DNA of 64,000 nt. It comes from a bacterium. Its GTDB lineage: Bacteria > Patescibacteriota > CPR2 > UBA1875 > JAJYID01. The stretch is from positions 383,687-447,686 of the forward strand of contig JAJYLR010000001.1 in the NCBI GenBank assembly GCA_021787535.1. The letters run 5' to 3'. The position numbers and the translations under genes are program-made. The first letter of the stretch is position 1, and each line of letters starts with the position of its first letter. Shown here in pieces: positions 27,393-36,864 of the stretch. The notes beneath the pieces are model-generated. The model searched no databases. It saw only the letters and a program-made list of their open reading frames with translations, and had not been told where the DNA came from.

Positions 27393-28079
27393 TTAGAAAA
27401 CCTCCCTAGCTTTTAAATGCAAGTCTACCTTCCGCTTGATACGCTGCAGGGCATTATCAACGCTTTTTGTGTCACTGTCATAACCTCTTGCTTTTAATTC
27501 CCCACTGATTTGCTCATATGATAACCCTTCGAGATAAAAGTTAAGAGAAATCATTTCCAGATCAGAAAGTAGTACGGCAAACATGGCGTTTAAGGCATCA
27601 ACTTCTTCTTTTACAATAACCTGGCTATCCGGCTCATTCACAGATGAACCAGGTAAAATACCTTCTAAACTACAATCATTTTCATCTGTTGCAGATGAAC
27701 GATAAAGAGAGAGATAGTTATTTAAGAAGCTATGTTTTCCCCGCGAAGCAGTTTTCACTGCAGTAATAATCTGCCGAGTAACACAAAGTTCAGCAAAGCT
27801 TCTAAAAGAAGCTTCTCTATCACAGCGATAATCTTTGATGGCTTTGTATAAACCAACCATACCTTCCTGAACCAGGTCTTCATTTTCTCCACCGGCTATA
27901 AAGTAGCTTGAGGCCTTCAGTTTGATAAAGCCCAAGTATTTTTCAATAAGGCGAGTTATAGCTTCTTCGCTTCCCATCCTAGAAAGCTCAATCAACTTCA
28001 GATCTTCCTCTTGTGATTTGCTGCTAACTGAGGATATTTCGCGTTTGACAACCATAACCCTCCTTTCTTTTTCAGACAT
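27393..28079 (-). CDS. RNA polymerase sigma factor, sigma-70 family (SigH-like, regions 2 and 4)
   Basis: Region 2 'DLVQEGMVGLYKAIKDY' and a region-4 HTH 'LSYEQISGELKARGYDSDTKSVDNALQRIKRK'. Confidence 0.75.
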   Translation of the reverse strand: MSEKERRVMVVKREISSVSSKSQEEDLKLIELSRMGSEEAITRLIEKYLGFIKLKASSYFIAGGENEDLVQEGMVGLYKAIKDYRCDREASFRSFAELCVTRQIITAVKTASRGKHSFLNNYLSLYRSSATDENDCSLEGILPGSSVNEPDSQVIVKEEVDALNAMFAVLLSDLEMISLNFYLEGLSYEQISGELKARGYDSDTKSVDNALQRIKRKVDLHLKAREVF

Positions 28080-28183
28080 GATGCAATATAAAGATCAAGG
28101 TACTAAATATAAATTACCATAAGCATCTTTCAAAAACAATAAATATGGTCTTATACGTTTGCTATTGATAAGGTAAAGAGACC

Positions 28184-28212
28184 TTGAGAAAACATAAATT
28201 GAATGGTATAAT
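28184..28212 (+). promoter_or_regulatory. Consensus sigma70 promoter (TTGAGA, 17 nt spacer, TATAAT)
   Basis: Seen directly, about 65 nt upstream of the 28277 sigma factor gene. Confidence 0.6.
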
Positions 28213-28276
28213 AACAGTGCAAAATATGGCAGATTTTGGGTTCTTTAAAAAAATTCAAAACACTTAAGGAGGCGGG

Positions 28277-29191
28277 ATGAGCTGTACAAAAAAAGAAATA
28301 GAAGGGATGCTTATATCTGCTTTCAAAAATTATGGCAGTGAAGAAGCCTTTGAACGGCTGGTAGAGAGCTATACCCCGCTAGTTTATGCTCTGGCCAGAA
28401 AATTTCAAGGAAGAGGTATTGCTTATGATGAGCTGGTACAGGTGGGTAATGTCGGATTAGTGAAAGCGATTCAGCGATTTGACCAAAATCGGGGCGTCTT
28501 ACTATCAACATTCATTACTCCCAATGTCATCGGTGAGATCAAGCGCTATTTCCGGGATCATGGCAAAACGATTCGAGTAAACAGGGGACTTAGAGAGCTG
28601 CAAGTAAAATTATTAGAAGCTCAAGCGGAGTTTACTGCGCGAATGCATCGTGATCCGACCATTCAGGAACTTGTTGAGCTGATCGAAATGCCTTTTGAAG
28701 AAGTCGCCGTTGCTCTAGCAGCGCAAACCGATACGCAAACTGTTTCACTCGATCAATCTTATTCAGATGATGAGGAAATTTCGTTTTCTAATACTGTTGG
28801 CCGTGAAGATCCCGTCTTTAGCCAGATAGAATGCAGAATGATGCTTGAATCTATGATGGCCAAACTTGATGAGAGAATGCGTAATATTCTATATCAACGT
28901 TTTTTCCTCGACATGTCACAAACGGAGATTGCTGAGATAATCGGAGTCTCTCAGATGCATGTGTCTCGCCTGATTAGAAGAGCTTTGTGGCTGATGTCTG
29001 AAGACGCGACTCTCAAGGTCCTTGATGTTTTGGATGAAAAGGGAGCAATGTCGCGAGACGCTATTATGAATGCCACCGGGCTCAACGGCGGCTTTGACGC
29101 TGCTATAATTAAACTCCTTAAGAAAGGGAAAATCGAAATTATCCGCAGAGGAAAATACCGCGGAATGGATGTCTTTGATTTAAAGAAATAA
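28277..29191 (+). CDS. RNA polymerase sigma factor, group 3 (SigB/SigF/FliA-like), with a C-terminal extension of about 60 aa
   Basis: Region 2 'YDELVQVGNVGLVKAIQRFD', regions 3 and 4 'MSQTEIAEIIGVSQMHVSRLIRRAL', then an extra winged-helix-like tail. Confidence 0.75.
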   Translation: MSCTKKEIEGMLISAFKNYGSEEAFERLVESYTPLVYALARKFQGRGIAYDELVQVGNVGLVKAIQRFDQNRGVLLSTFITPNVIGEIKRYFRDHGKTIRVNRGLRELQVKLLEAQAEFTARMHRDPTIQELVELIEMPFEEVAVALAAQTDTQTVSLDQSYSDDEEISFSNTVGREDPVFSQIECRMMLESMMAKLDERMRNILYQRFFLDMSQTEIAEIIGVSQMHVSRLIRRALWLMSEDATLKVLDVLDEKGAMSRDAIMNATGLNGGFDAAIIKLLKKGKIEIIRRGKYRGMDVFDLKK

Positions 29192-29225
29192 AGAGGCCAG
29201 CATCAGGCATGGCCTCTTTTTCTTT
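29192..29225 (+). terminator. Intrinsic terminator after the sigma factor gene
   Basis: 'agaggccagcatcaggcatggcctct' followed by 'ttttcttt'. Confidence 0.65.
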
Positions 29226-29310
29226 GAGTGAAAATCCTTGTGCCATAACAATAAATATGGTATCCTGAATATTAATGTTGCAACTTTGAAAATTCACTCG
29301 AAAGGAGGGA

Positions 29311-30051
29311 ATGGGTATGTTTTGTCCGCCAAACTGCGAGACTGCAGAAGCAATCGCGGTTGTTAAGTTCATTATCGAACTGATAGTCCAGCGAAAATCA
29401 CAAGAAATTTCTTGCGAAGCGGCGGAGCAAGAAATAGTTGCACGAGCTTCAGAAAAGGAAATTAAGGCGATGCTCGAGGATATGAAACTACCTCATTCCT
29501 TTTTTTATCGAGCATGGCAGTCTGGGACCAATATCTTAAATGAAAACAGATATCTCAAAGCTGATATTCAAAAAGATAAAACGCGAGTATTGAAAATCAA
29601 CTATGATATATTCAAACGTCTGTCCTTAGGAGTAGAGTTTACTTATCCTCTCCAAAGGGCCTTAAAAGGAAAACTTCCAAAAGGCCGCGAAGAACTTAAG
29701 AAATATTTTCACTATAAAGATGTGGCAAATATTCCAAAACAAAAGCTGCCATTGCCGCTTGCAATGGTACTTCGTCCAAAACAGCCGCCCCGGCAAAAAA
29801 CTCGTATTTCCAAAAAACCCAATTATGAACAACGAGTTAGCGAATTCATTGAGAGCTTTGGAATACGCGGATGTTATCGGAGTAACATCTCCGGGAAATT
29901 CAGAAAACTCAACCAGGAAGGTGATCTGAGAATAATACTTATTACTCTTCAAAAAGAAGAGAAGATAACACTCAAAAGAAGGGGCCCAGAACCAAAATCC
30001 GATGTCTTTGTTGCAACAAAGCACATTCATCAAATAGCAAGGAGGCAGTGA
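29311..30051 (+). CDS. Hypothetical basic protein
   Basis: 246-aa ORF with no recognisable domain. Confidence 0.5.
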   Translation: MGMFCPPNCETAEAIAVVKFIIELIVQRKSQEISCEAAEQEIVARASEKEIKAMLEDMKLPHSFFYRAWQSGTNILNENRYLKADIQKDKTRVLKINYDIFKRLSLGVEFTYPLQRALKGKLPKGREELKKYFHYKDVANIPKQKLPLPLAMVLRPKQPPRQKTRISKKPNYEQRVSEFIESFGIRGCYRSNISGKFRKLNQEGDLRIILITLQKEEKITLKRRGPEPKSDVFVATKHIHQIARRQ

Positions 30052-30077
30052 ATTTGTAAAACTGCCTCCTTTATTTT
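30040..30077 (+). terminator. Terminator-like hairpin overlapping the stop codon
   Basis: 'aggaggcagtgaatttgtaaaactgcctcct' followed by 'ttatttt'. Confidence 0.5.
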
Positions 30078-30109
30078 CACAAAATAAACATTTGCTTTTT
30101 TTGTGAAAA
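30074..30109. promoter_or_regulatory. 10-bp inverted repeat ttttcacaaa/tttgtgaaaa with a 16-nt spacer: candidate operator overlapping a putative promoter
   Basis: Perfect inverted repeat seen upstream of the 30198 ORF. Confidence 0.35.
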
Positions 30110-30197
30110 TATGATATATTTGCTGATATTTGGAGGGAGCAGCTTGAAAAATCCCTTCATTTTTCATTAGGACTCAAGATTTTACTCAATTACTTTA

Positions 30198-31520
30198 GTG
30201 AAAGGGGTAGAAATGGCATTTATGATTAGGGATGATCTTGCAGGAGATGCCCTCATCCATCATGGGAAAAGACTTACTGAAGAAGAAATTAAGGGATATA
30301 TGACCGATGAGCAAACCGGCAAGCTAAGCAATGACGAAGCAGACGCTTCATTTGCTTTGGCAGTGAAGAGAAGAATAATCGAAAAAGCTGCAGTCAGGGA
30401 AACGGACAAAGAAGGAAACTCTGTCTTCGAATACGATTTTCCGGAAAATATTACAGATGAGGAACGGGAGAAAACGGTACAGGCAGAGCAAAAAGTGGCG
30501 GAAAAATCTAAAGAATCAAGCACAACCCCCCCCGAAACACAAATTGCATCAGGAGGTGCGCAGGTGGCTGCTCAGGAAGACAAATCAAAGGGCCCGGTGA
30601 TGCTCCTTCTGACAATTCAGAAGCTTTCACCGGACAACACACTGCTCGAAAGAGATATGATTGTCGATGCTCTGGTCGAGAATAGGCAGACGATGGGCTG
30701 GTCAAAGAAAGAAGCCCGTACTAAAGCCGGTGTACTGGTCAATAATAATGTCACTAATAAAAAGCTGACCAAAACGGCAACCGGAATGATCAAGATCACG
30801 GTAAAGGGACTTGATTATCTTAAAGAAAAACTGGCCGAAAATCCCGAATATGCCAACTTGGCAAGCGCATCGGTCAAGAGAACAGCGGAAAAAAAGAAAA
30901 GGTCCAAGCCCAGCACAGGCAAGAGTGTCAACATTGAAGCTAAGGCCGAGGAATTTCCTCAGGTAGTCAAGAACCTCATGCCTGAATATGACGATGGGGA
31001 AGTACCTTCGGGAGCTATCAAGGAAGCCCTGGGACTCGCAGATGCCGCTCCCTATGTCTGGAATAGTGTAAGAGACGCTGCCTTCAAGAAAAATAAAGGG
31101 CTGAGCCAACACGATAAGGGTCCGCGAACAAGATATTCTATCTCAGAGGCCAAGAATGTACCCAAACAAAACAGTCAGGGCTCTGAAGAAGGAGAAGGGT
31201 CGAGACAGTACGTCCCAAATAAAAAAGCAGAAAAACCTCATTTCCCCGGTGCAAGAGTCGTTGGTGCCGGAGAGGTACTAATCAGCGGCGTAAATATCGA
31301 TGTCCTTCTTGATGAGGATTTCAAACCCCTGGTCGTCGCTCGACAAGGTATTATCTCCGCTGATTCGCTGGATGAATGTACGATCGCATTCAGAATTACC
31401 AGTCGGGAAAATCCGGATGAAAGCGCCGAAGTTGATCTTATCTTTGGCGGAGAAGATTCCATCCCCGGCAATTACCACACACCGGAAGGTGTCGTACTTA
31501 AGGAACGTCCTGTGGAATAA
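30198..31520 (+). CDS. Hypothetical protein, about 48-50% GC
   Basis: 440 aa with no recognisable motif and locally elevated GC. Confidence 0.5.
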   Translation: MKGVEMAFMIRDDLAGDALIHHGKRLTEEEIKGYMTDEQTGKLSNDEADASFALAVKRRIIEKAAVRETDKEGNSVFEYDFPENITDEEREKTVQAEQKVAEKSKESSTTPPETQIASGGAQVAAQEDKSKGPVMLLLTIQKLSPDNTLLERDMIVDALVENRQTMGWSKKEARTKAGVLVNNNVTNKKLTKTATGMIKITVKGLDYLKEKLAENPEYANLASASVKRTAEKKKRSKPSTGKSVNIEAKAEEFPQVVKNLMPEYDDGEVPSGAIKEALGLADAAPYVWNSVRDAAFKKNKGLSQHDKGPRTRYSISEAKNVPKQNSQGSEEGEGSRQYVPNKKAEKPHFPGARVVGAGEVLISGVNIDVLLDEDFKPLVVARQGIISADSLDECTIAFRITSRENPDESAEVDLIFGGEDSIPGNYHTPEGVVLKERPVE

Positions 31521-31541
31521 TCTCACTGCACAGTGAGACAA

Positions 31542-31568
31542 GCCCCCGCAATAACGGGGGCTTTTTCT
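31542..31568 (+). terminator. Intrinsic terminator
   Basis: 'gcccccgcaataacgggggc' followed by 'tttttct'. Preceded by the palindrome tctcactgcacagtgaga. Confidence 0.7.
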
Positions 31569-31623
31569 ATTGTTTACACTTATGATTTTTGATATTATGA
31601 TTGCAGTAATGAAGGAGTTTCAA

Positions 31624-32265
31624 ATGGACACAGTAAAAAAAGATTATTTAGCATCAATTATCATTGGAGCTGTAGCAGCTGTTTTATCAGTGATCATGGT
31701 TAACAACCTCGGCTTTCAAAGCTTAAAGGTCTATATGTTGGCAGCTCTAATCTTACTAATCATGCCTCCTGCCGGCATCTTAGTAGCCCGTTTAATCGGC
31801 AGGAAATCTCACAGTTTATATCAGTTTATAAAATTCGCAGAAACCGGCGGACTCAATACTTTTGTAGATCTCGGGATTTTAAATCTGCTCATCTTAATGA
31901 CCGGTCTTTCGGGTGGCATTTTTTATTCGATTTTTAAAGGAACTTCCTTTACTGTCGCCGTCATCAACTCTTATTTTTGGAATAAACATTGGGTTTTTGA
32001 ATCTCATATTAAAGGAGGGGTTAGGCAAGAAAAAGAGTTTGCCAAGTTTGTCACTGTAAGCGTCGGCGGATTTTTGGTCAATGTGCTGGTAGCCAGCGCC
32101 ATAGTTTTCTTTGGCAAAAGCGCCATTAATTTAACTCCAAAACTTATGGCTAATCTCGGAGCGGCAATTGCCTTTATTGTGACTATGATGTGGAATTTCT
32201 TCGGTTATAAACTAATAGTTTTCGTGCGGCCCAAAAGCGCGGCTGCCGGTGCCGCCGCCGAGTAG
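31624..32265 (+). CDS. GtrA-family membrane protein (polyprenyl-phosphate-sugar translocation)
   Basis: 'FIKFAETGGLNTFVDLGILNLL…SYFWNKHWVF' matches the GtrA signature. The internal start has a GAAGGAG RBS. Confidence 0.65.
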   Translation: MDTVKKDYLASIIIGAVAAVLSVIMVNNLGFQSLKVYMLAALILLIMPPAGILVARLIGRKSHSLYQFIKFAETGGLNTFVDLGILNLLILMTGLSGGIFYSIFKGTSFTVAVINSYFWNKHWVFESHIKGGVRQEKEFAKFVTVSVGGFLVNVLVASAIVFFGKSAINLTPKLMANLGAAIAFIVTMMWNFFGYKLIVFVRPKSAAAGAAAE

Positions 32266-32277
32266 AGTAAAATCTTC

Positions 32278-33828
32278 ATGAAAATGAAAATACCCTCTAA
32301 GCTCAAGGGAATAAATAAAAAGAAAGGGAGCGAAAAGGTTGCTCTTCAGCCGAAGGTCTCCGGTCGGAATACTCAAAATATTACAGTTTTTGCGCGGGAT
32401 TTTGCTTTAAAAACTAAAGGTTTGATTTTAAAACCTTCTTATTTATGGGCGATTTTAGTTTTTGCCTTTTTAACGCGGCTCTACAATATAGGTAATTTAG
32501 GAATAAACGAAAACGAACTCAAAAATGTCGATCGCATTTTTGCCATGTCAAATATCGGCAATTTCCTTAACCAAAATGTTTCCACAAATCTCTACTACTT
32601 GCTGCAAAACATTTGGGGTAGATTTTTTGGATTCTCGATTACTAATATGCGGATTTTCTCAGTACTGCTGTCAGTCTTGGGATTATACTTGTTTTTTAAA
32701 TTTACCGAAGAGTGGTTTAATAGGCGTTTAGCATATATAGCCACTTTTCTCCTCTCGATTTCCAGCTATCACATCCTTCTTTCCAGGAATATTTCCCATG
32801 AAGTGCTTTATTTTGCGCTTGTAATTTTTGCTTTTCACACACTCACACTTGCTTATAGGCGAAAAAGCAGGTTTTATTTTGCATTATCCGGATTTTTATT
32901 TGGACTGGCATTCTATGCCAGCGAAATAACTTTTGCTCTAGCTCTTCTTTTTGCCATCGCTTTGATTTATTTTTATAAAAAAAACAGCCGGTTCTTTACA
33001 TCATTCGTGAAAGAAAAAATCATTGCTGTTTCGGCTGGTTTTTTGACGATTTTGCCATTCTTGTATGCAGCCGGTAAAAACCCAAATATTTTCCTATCTC
33101 ATTTCACACTGGGAATTAACATGGTTTTAAACAATATCAATCTTTTCTTCTCATCGCTTATTTTAAGCGCGCCGAGAGGATACGAATATACGGTTTCAAC
33201 CGATAAAGTTTTCGATCCTTTCGTACTGCTGACATTTCTTTTAGGTTCTGTGTATGCGTGCATAAAAATCAAAAGGCGCAAATTTTATTTTCTCGTATCC
33301 TGGTTTTTTCTTTTAACTCTTATTATGATATGCGAGAAGGAATTTTCATTAGGCGGTTTTATTTATATCTTACCGGTCATTTTTATCTTGTCGGCTAGAA
33401 TTCAGACCTACGTACTTGATAAATGGTTTAAAACATTCCCATTCAACAGATTTGCGCGCATTACGGCTATAGCGGGGATTGGCTTTATGTTTGCCTTATC
33501 GCTTACCTATAATTACCGCAAAGTTTTTGCGGCCTGGCAGAAATATCCCGAAAGAAACTTTGTTTATAACTCAGCCATATCTCAAACAGATTTTGGTAAG
33601 AATACAGTTTTTCTTTACAAAACAGGTCTAGATAGGCCGGCTTTGGAATCAATTTTGAAAAATGGGGGAGAAAATAACCTCAAAGATATTAGTGACGTAT
33701 CATCTCTAAAAGGCAAATTTAATTTACTGACTTCCCCTCAGGCAGTTTCTAATGTAAGATTGAAACTGAAAGATAAAAAATTTCAAATAACAAGCGGACA
33801 TGACATTGTCCTTATGAAGGGAGAGTAA
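32278..33828 (+). CDS. Membrane glycosyltransferase, GT39/83 (PMT/ArnT-like, PMT_2)
   Basis: About 11 TM segments, an aromatic-rich N-terminal half, and a C-terminal soluble domain. Confidence 0.55.
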   Translation: MKMKIPSKLKGINKKKGSEKVALQPKVSGRNTQNITVFARDFALKTKGLILKPSYLWAILVFAFLTRLYNIGNLGINENELKNVDRIFAMSNIGNFLNQNVSTNLYYLLQNIWGRFFGFSITNMRIFSVLLSVLGLYLFFKFTEEWFNRRLAYIATFLLSISSYHILLSRNISHEVLYFALVIFAFHTLTLAYRRKSRFYFALSGFLFGLAFYASEITFALALLFAIALIYFYKKNSRFFTSFVKEKIIAVSAGFLTILPFLYAAGKNPNIFLSHFTLGINMVLNNINLFFSSLILSAPRGYEYTVSTDKVFDPFVLLTFLLGSVYACIKIKRRKFYFLVSWFFLLTLIMICEKEFSLGGFIYILPVIFILSARIQTYVLDKWFKTFPFNRFARITAIAGIGFMFALSLTYNYRKVFAAWQKYPERNFVYNSAISQTDFGKNTVFLYKTGLDRPALESILKNGGENNLKDISDVSSLKGKFNLLTSPQAVSNVRLKLKDKKFQITSGHDIVLMKGE

Positions 33829-33831
33829 AAG

Positions 33832-34680
33832 ATGTCGGATAATATTTATTTATCAGTTATAATTCCTTGCAAAAACCAAGCGGACAGAGTAAAGAAAACT
33901 TTAAATGATATTCTGGAACATTCTCGGCAGCTTCGATTTGATACTGAGGTGGTTTTTGTTGACGGAGACTCTACTGATGGCAGCGCGGAAGTGGCTGAGA
34001 GTTTTAAAGGTGAAATGAAACATCTCCAAATTCTACATGAACAAGATTTGGAGATTGGCCCGCATTTTACAGGCAAAGGCGCCGCAGTGAAATGCGGCAT
34101 GGCGCATGCGAAGGGAAAGATTAAGATGTTTATGGATGCTGACTCCTCCACACCCTTTAAAGAGATAGATAAAATACTGCCATATTTTGATAAAGGTTAT
34201 GATGTGGTGATGGGCTCCAGATATACAGCCAAACCATTGCCGGCAACAAATAGCACCTTTCAAGCTTTTGTACATGCAGTGAAGGAGGTTTTTGAAGTTT
34301 TGATTTACGGCCATTCTAAAAGCAATACAACAATCAAAAAACAGGGGCGCCTCAGACAGCTTATTTCCCGCGGGGGAAATCTTGCATTTGTGGTCTTACT
34401 CGGCCAGAGTTTTGCCGACACCAGATGCGGATTTAAGGCCTATACCAAAGAAGCGGCAAAGAAGTTGTTCGATATGCAGACTTTGCCGGGCTTTGGCTTT
34501 GACACAGAAATTCTGGTGATTGCAAAAAAATATAATCTTAAAATTATTGAAGTACCGGTTCACTGGTATGATGATGCTGAAGACACTAATATTACTATAG
34601 GAAATTCGCTCAAAACCTTCCTGGAGATATTTAAAATAAGATGGAATAGTTTAAGTGGCAAATACTCACCCTCAAAATAA
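33832..34680 (+). CDS. GT2 polyprenol-phosphate glycosyltransferase (DPM1/GtrB-like)
   Basis: 'LSVIIPCKNQ', a DxD motif 'FMDADSS', and a GT-A fold pattern. Confidence 0.75.
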   Translation: MSDNIYLSVIIPCKNQADRVKKTLNDILEHSRQLRFDTEVVFVDGDSTDGSAEVAESFKGEMKHLQILHEQDLEIGPHFTGKGAAVKCGMAHAKGKIKMFMDADSSTPFKEIDKILPYFDKGYDVVMGSRYTAKPLPATNSTFQAFVHAVKEVFEVLIYGHSKSNTTIKKQGRLRQLISRGGNLAFVVLLGQSFADTRCGFKAYTKEAAKKLFDMQTLPGFGFDTEILVIAKKYNLKIIEVPVHWYDDAEDTNITIGNSLKTFLEIFKIRWNSLSGKYSPSK

Positions 34681-35107
34681 AGGTCAAAATCTTGTTAAGC
34701 TGTTTTTAGCATTTTTAGTTTTGATTTTGGTTTTTGTTTTTTTCAACGACTCAGCGTATAATCTAATCAAGCAAAAGCTTATTAAAAACGGCGATAAGTA
34801 CGCGGAAATATACGCTTACGCTAAGTCAAAGCCAGACAGTGAAAATAAATATTTTATACTACAGGGCAATGATTTATCAAAAATCTTTTTAAAGAATGAG
34901 GTTAAAACAATAGATGAAAATCACTTAAGCAATATAAACTGTTCTCAAGGTGAAACGCTTTTGATTTACGAAAAACCCAGCCAAAAAATTGATGCTTTCG
35001 TGAAAAAAGAGAACGGAAATGAGGTGATCCTCAACCAGGGTACAAAAATAGAGTTTTTCGCGGCAAATATCAAAGGGTCGCCGGGTTCATGTAAAGTAGG
35101 AGGGTGA
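34655..35107 (+). CDS. Hypothetical membrane-anchored protein
   Basis: N-terminal TM segment (LVKLFLAFLVLILVFVFF) with a short ectodomain. Confidence 0.45.
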   Translation: MANTHPQNKGQNLVKLFLAFLVLILVFVFFNDSAYNLIKQKLIKNGDKYAEIYAYAKSKPDSENKYFILQGNDLSKIFLKNEVKTIDENHLSNINCSQGETLLIYEKPSQKIDAFVKKENGNEVILNQGTKIEFFAANIKGSPGSCKVGG

Positions 35108-36822
35108 TAACAATGAAAGTTTTAAAATTAAAGGTTCATAAAAAATCTGTTTCCACTATAAAAAAGAAGCAAGAGTTTAAACTAGAAAAATCTGGGCTTA
35201 GAGGTTTACCCAAACAAGAAGCCATGGCATCTGCGTCCGTTTCTGATTTCAAGTTAAAACTCCAAAAAATTACAGAAATCGTCTCGAAAAACAAATTTAT
35301 TCATGAAAACTGGCTGCTGATCTTAATTCTTTTAGCGGCAACATTTTTTAGATTTTATAAACTGGATGTTTTGCCACCCGGTCTTCACCCAGATGAAGCC
35401 GCAAACGGCCTTGATATTATAAGCATGTTTGACGCGCATAAATTCGCAGCTATCTATGATACAAACGGTCCCAGAGAAGCTCTTTTTTTCTATCTGCAGG
35501 CAATACCGGTCTGGATCGGCCATGTCTTTAATATTGCCGCCATCAACTTCACGCCTCTATCCTTAAGAATTGCGCCGGCAATCATCGGAGTTTTCACAGT
35601 TTGGGGACTTTATCTTCTCGGCAAAGAGTTATTTAACAAAAACGTTGGAATTTTTGCTGCTGCCGCTCTGGCTGTAAGCGCCTGGCATATTCAATTTTCA
35701 AGAAATGGCTTTCGAGCCATTATGGCGCCCTTAGCTTTGGTATTTCTTTTTTATTTTATTATTCGCGCCTTAAGAAATGGACGACTCCGGGATTATTTGG
35801 GCGCCGGCGTATCTTTAGCTCTTGGGTTTTATACTTACTTATCTTTCAGGGTTACTCCGCTGGTTTTATTTGCAATCTTAGTTTATATATTTTTTACCAA
35901 TCGCGGATTTTTCCGAAAAAATTTCAAAAAAATCGGTTATCTTATCACCGCTGCAATAGTTGTCATGGTACCGCTACTCATTCATTTTGCGCACGTCCCG
36001 GCAGATTTGGCAGCCCGCTCTTCAACCAGTATTTTCAATCCGGCTACCAACGGCGGCAGCGCAATCGGCGCATTTGTTTCTAATATTGTGAAAACTGCCG
36101 GTATGTTTAACTTTTCTGGCGATCAAAATTTCAGGCAGAATGTGGCCGGCGAGCCAATGCTTGATGTTTTTATCGGAATTTTGATGTGGGTTGGGGTCAT
36201 CATTAGCCTGATAAGATTCAAAAAACTCGAATATTTTCTGCTTTCGATCTGGTTTATTGTGCTTTCGATTCCAGAGCTTTTAACTTCGGATGGCATTCCT
36301 CACGCCCTTCGAATGGTTGGAGTTATTCCGGTTGTCTTCTTGTGGGCGGCTCTGGGCCTTGACTGGGTTTTAAACAGAGTCAGGCAGCTTAAACCTGCTC
36401 AAACTCTTTACATTGGCACGGCTCTGGTCCTGATTATCTCCGGATCAGCCGGTTTCTATAAATATTTTGTAAAGTTCCCAAGCTATGCCGAAGCAGGAGA
36501 TGCTTATGCAGAAGATATGGTGCAGATGGCCTATGATATCAATGCTCAGCCAAAGGGTGAGAAAATTATCTTAATCGCAGGCGAATACGGCTCAAAGACA
36601 ATTCAGTTTATCACCTACCCCGCAAAACCGGATATTGAAAGATTGGAAGTCAGCGACATAAAAGGTTTGAAACTGCCGGCAGATCATTATAAAATTTACA
36701 TTGAAAAGGATTGGAAGGACGATGTCCTAAAGGAGCTTAGAAAAATCGGGTTTAAAAGGGCGCTAACTGAAGTACCATCGCCCAGAGATCAAAGAATACT
36801 TTACTACGAATATAGTAAATAA
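35104..36822 (+). CDS. Membrane glycosyltransferase, GT39 (PMT/ArnT-like)
   Basis: Loop-1 'LPPGLHPDEAANG' (DE motif), many TM segments, and a C-terminal soluble domain. Confidence 0.7.
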   Translation: MITMKVLKLKVHKKSVSTIKKKQEFKLEKSGLRGLPKQEAMASASVSDFKLKLQKITEIVSKNKFIHENWLLILILLAATFFRFYKLDVLPPGLHPDEAANGLDIISMFDAHKFAAIYDTNGPREALFFYLQAIPVWIGHVFNIAAINFTPLSLRIAPAIIGVFTVWGLYLLGKELFNKNVGIFAAAALAVSAWHIQFSRNGFRAIMAPLALVFLFYFIIRALRNGRLRDYLGAGVSLALGFYTYLSFRVTPLVLFAILVYIFFTNRGFFRKNFKKIGYLITAAIVVMVPLLIHFAHVPADLAARSSTSIFNPATNGGSAIGAFVSNIVKTAGMFNFSGDQNFRQNVAGEPMLDVFIGILMWVGVIISLIRFKKLEYFLLSIWFIVLSIPELLTSDGIPHALRMVGVIPVVFLWAALGLDWVLNRVRQLKPAQTLYIGTALVLIISGSAGFYKYFVKFPSYAEAGDAYAEDMVQMAYDINAQPKGEKIILIAGEYGSKTIQFITYPAKPDIERLEVSDIKGLKLPADHYKIYIEKDWKDDVLKELRKIGFKRALTEVPSPRDQRILYYEYSK

Positions 36823-36864
36823 CCGTGGCTCTGAGCGCTCAACCCCCAAATATTAAAAACTAAA

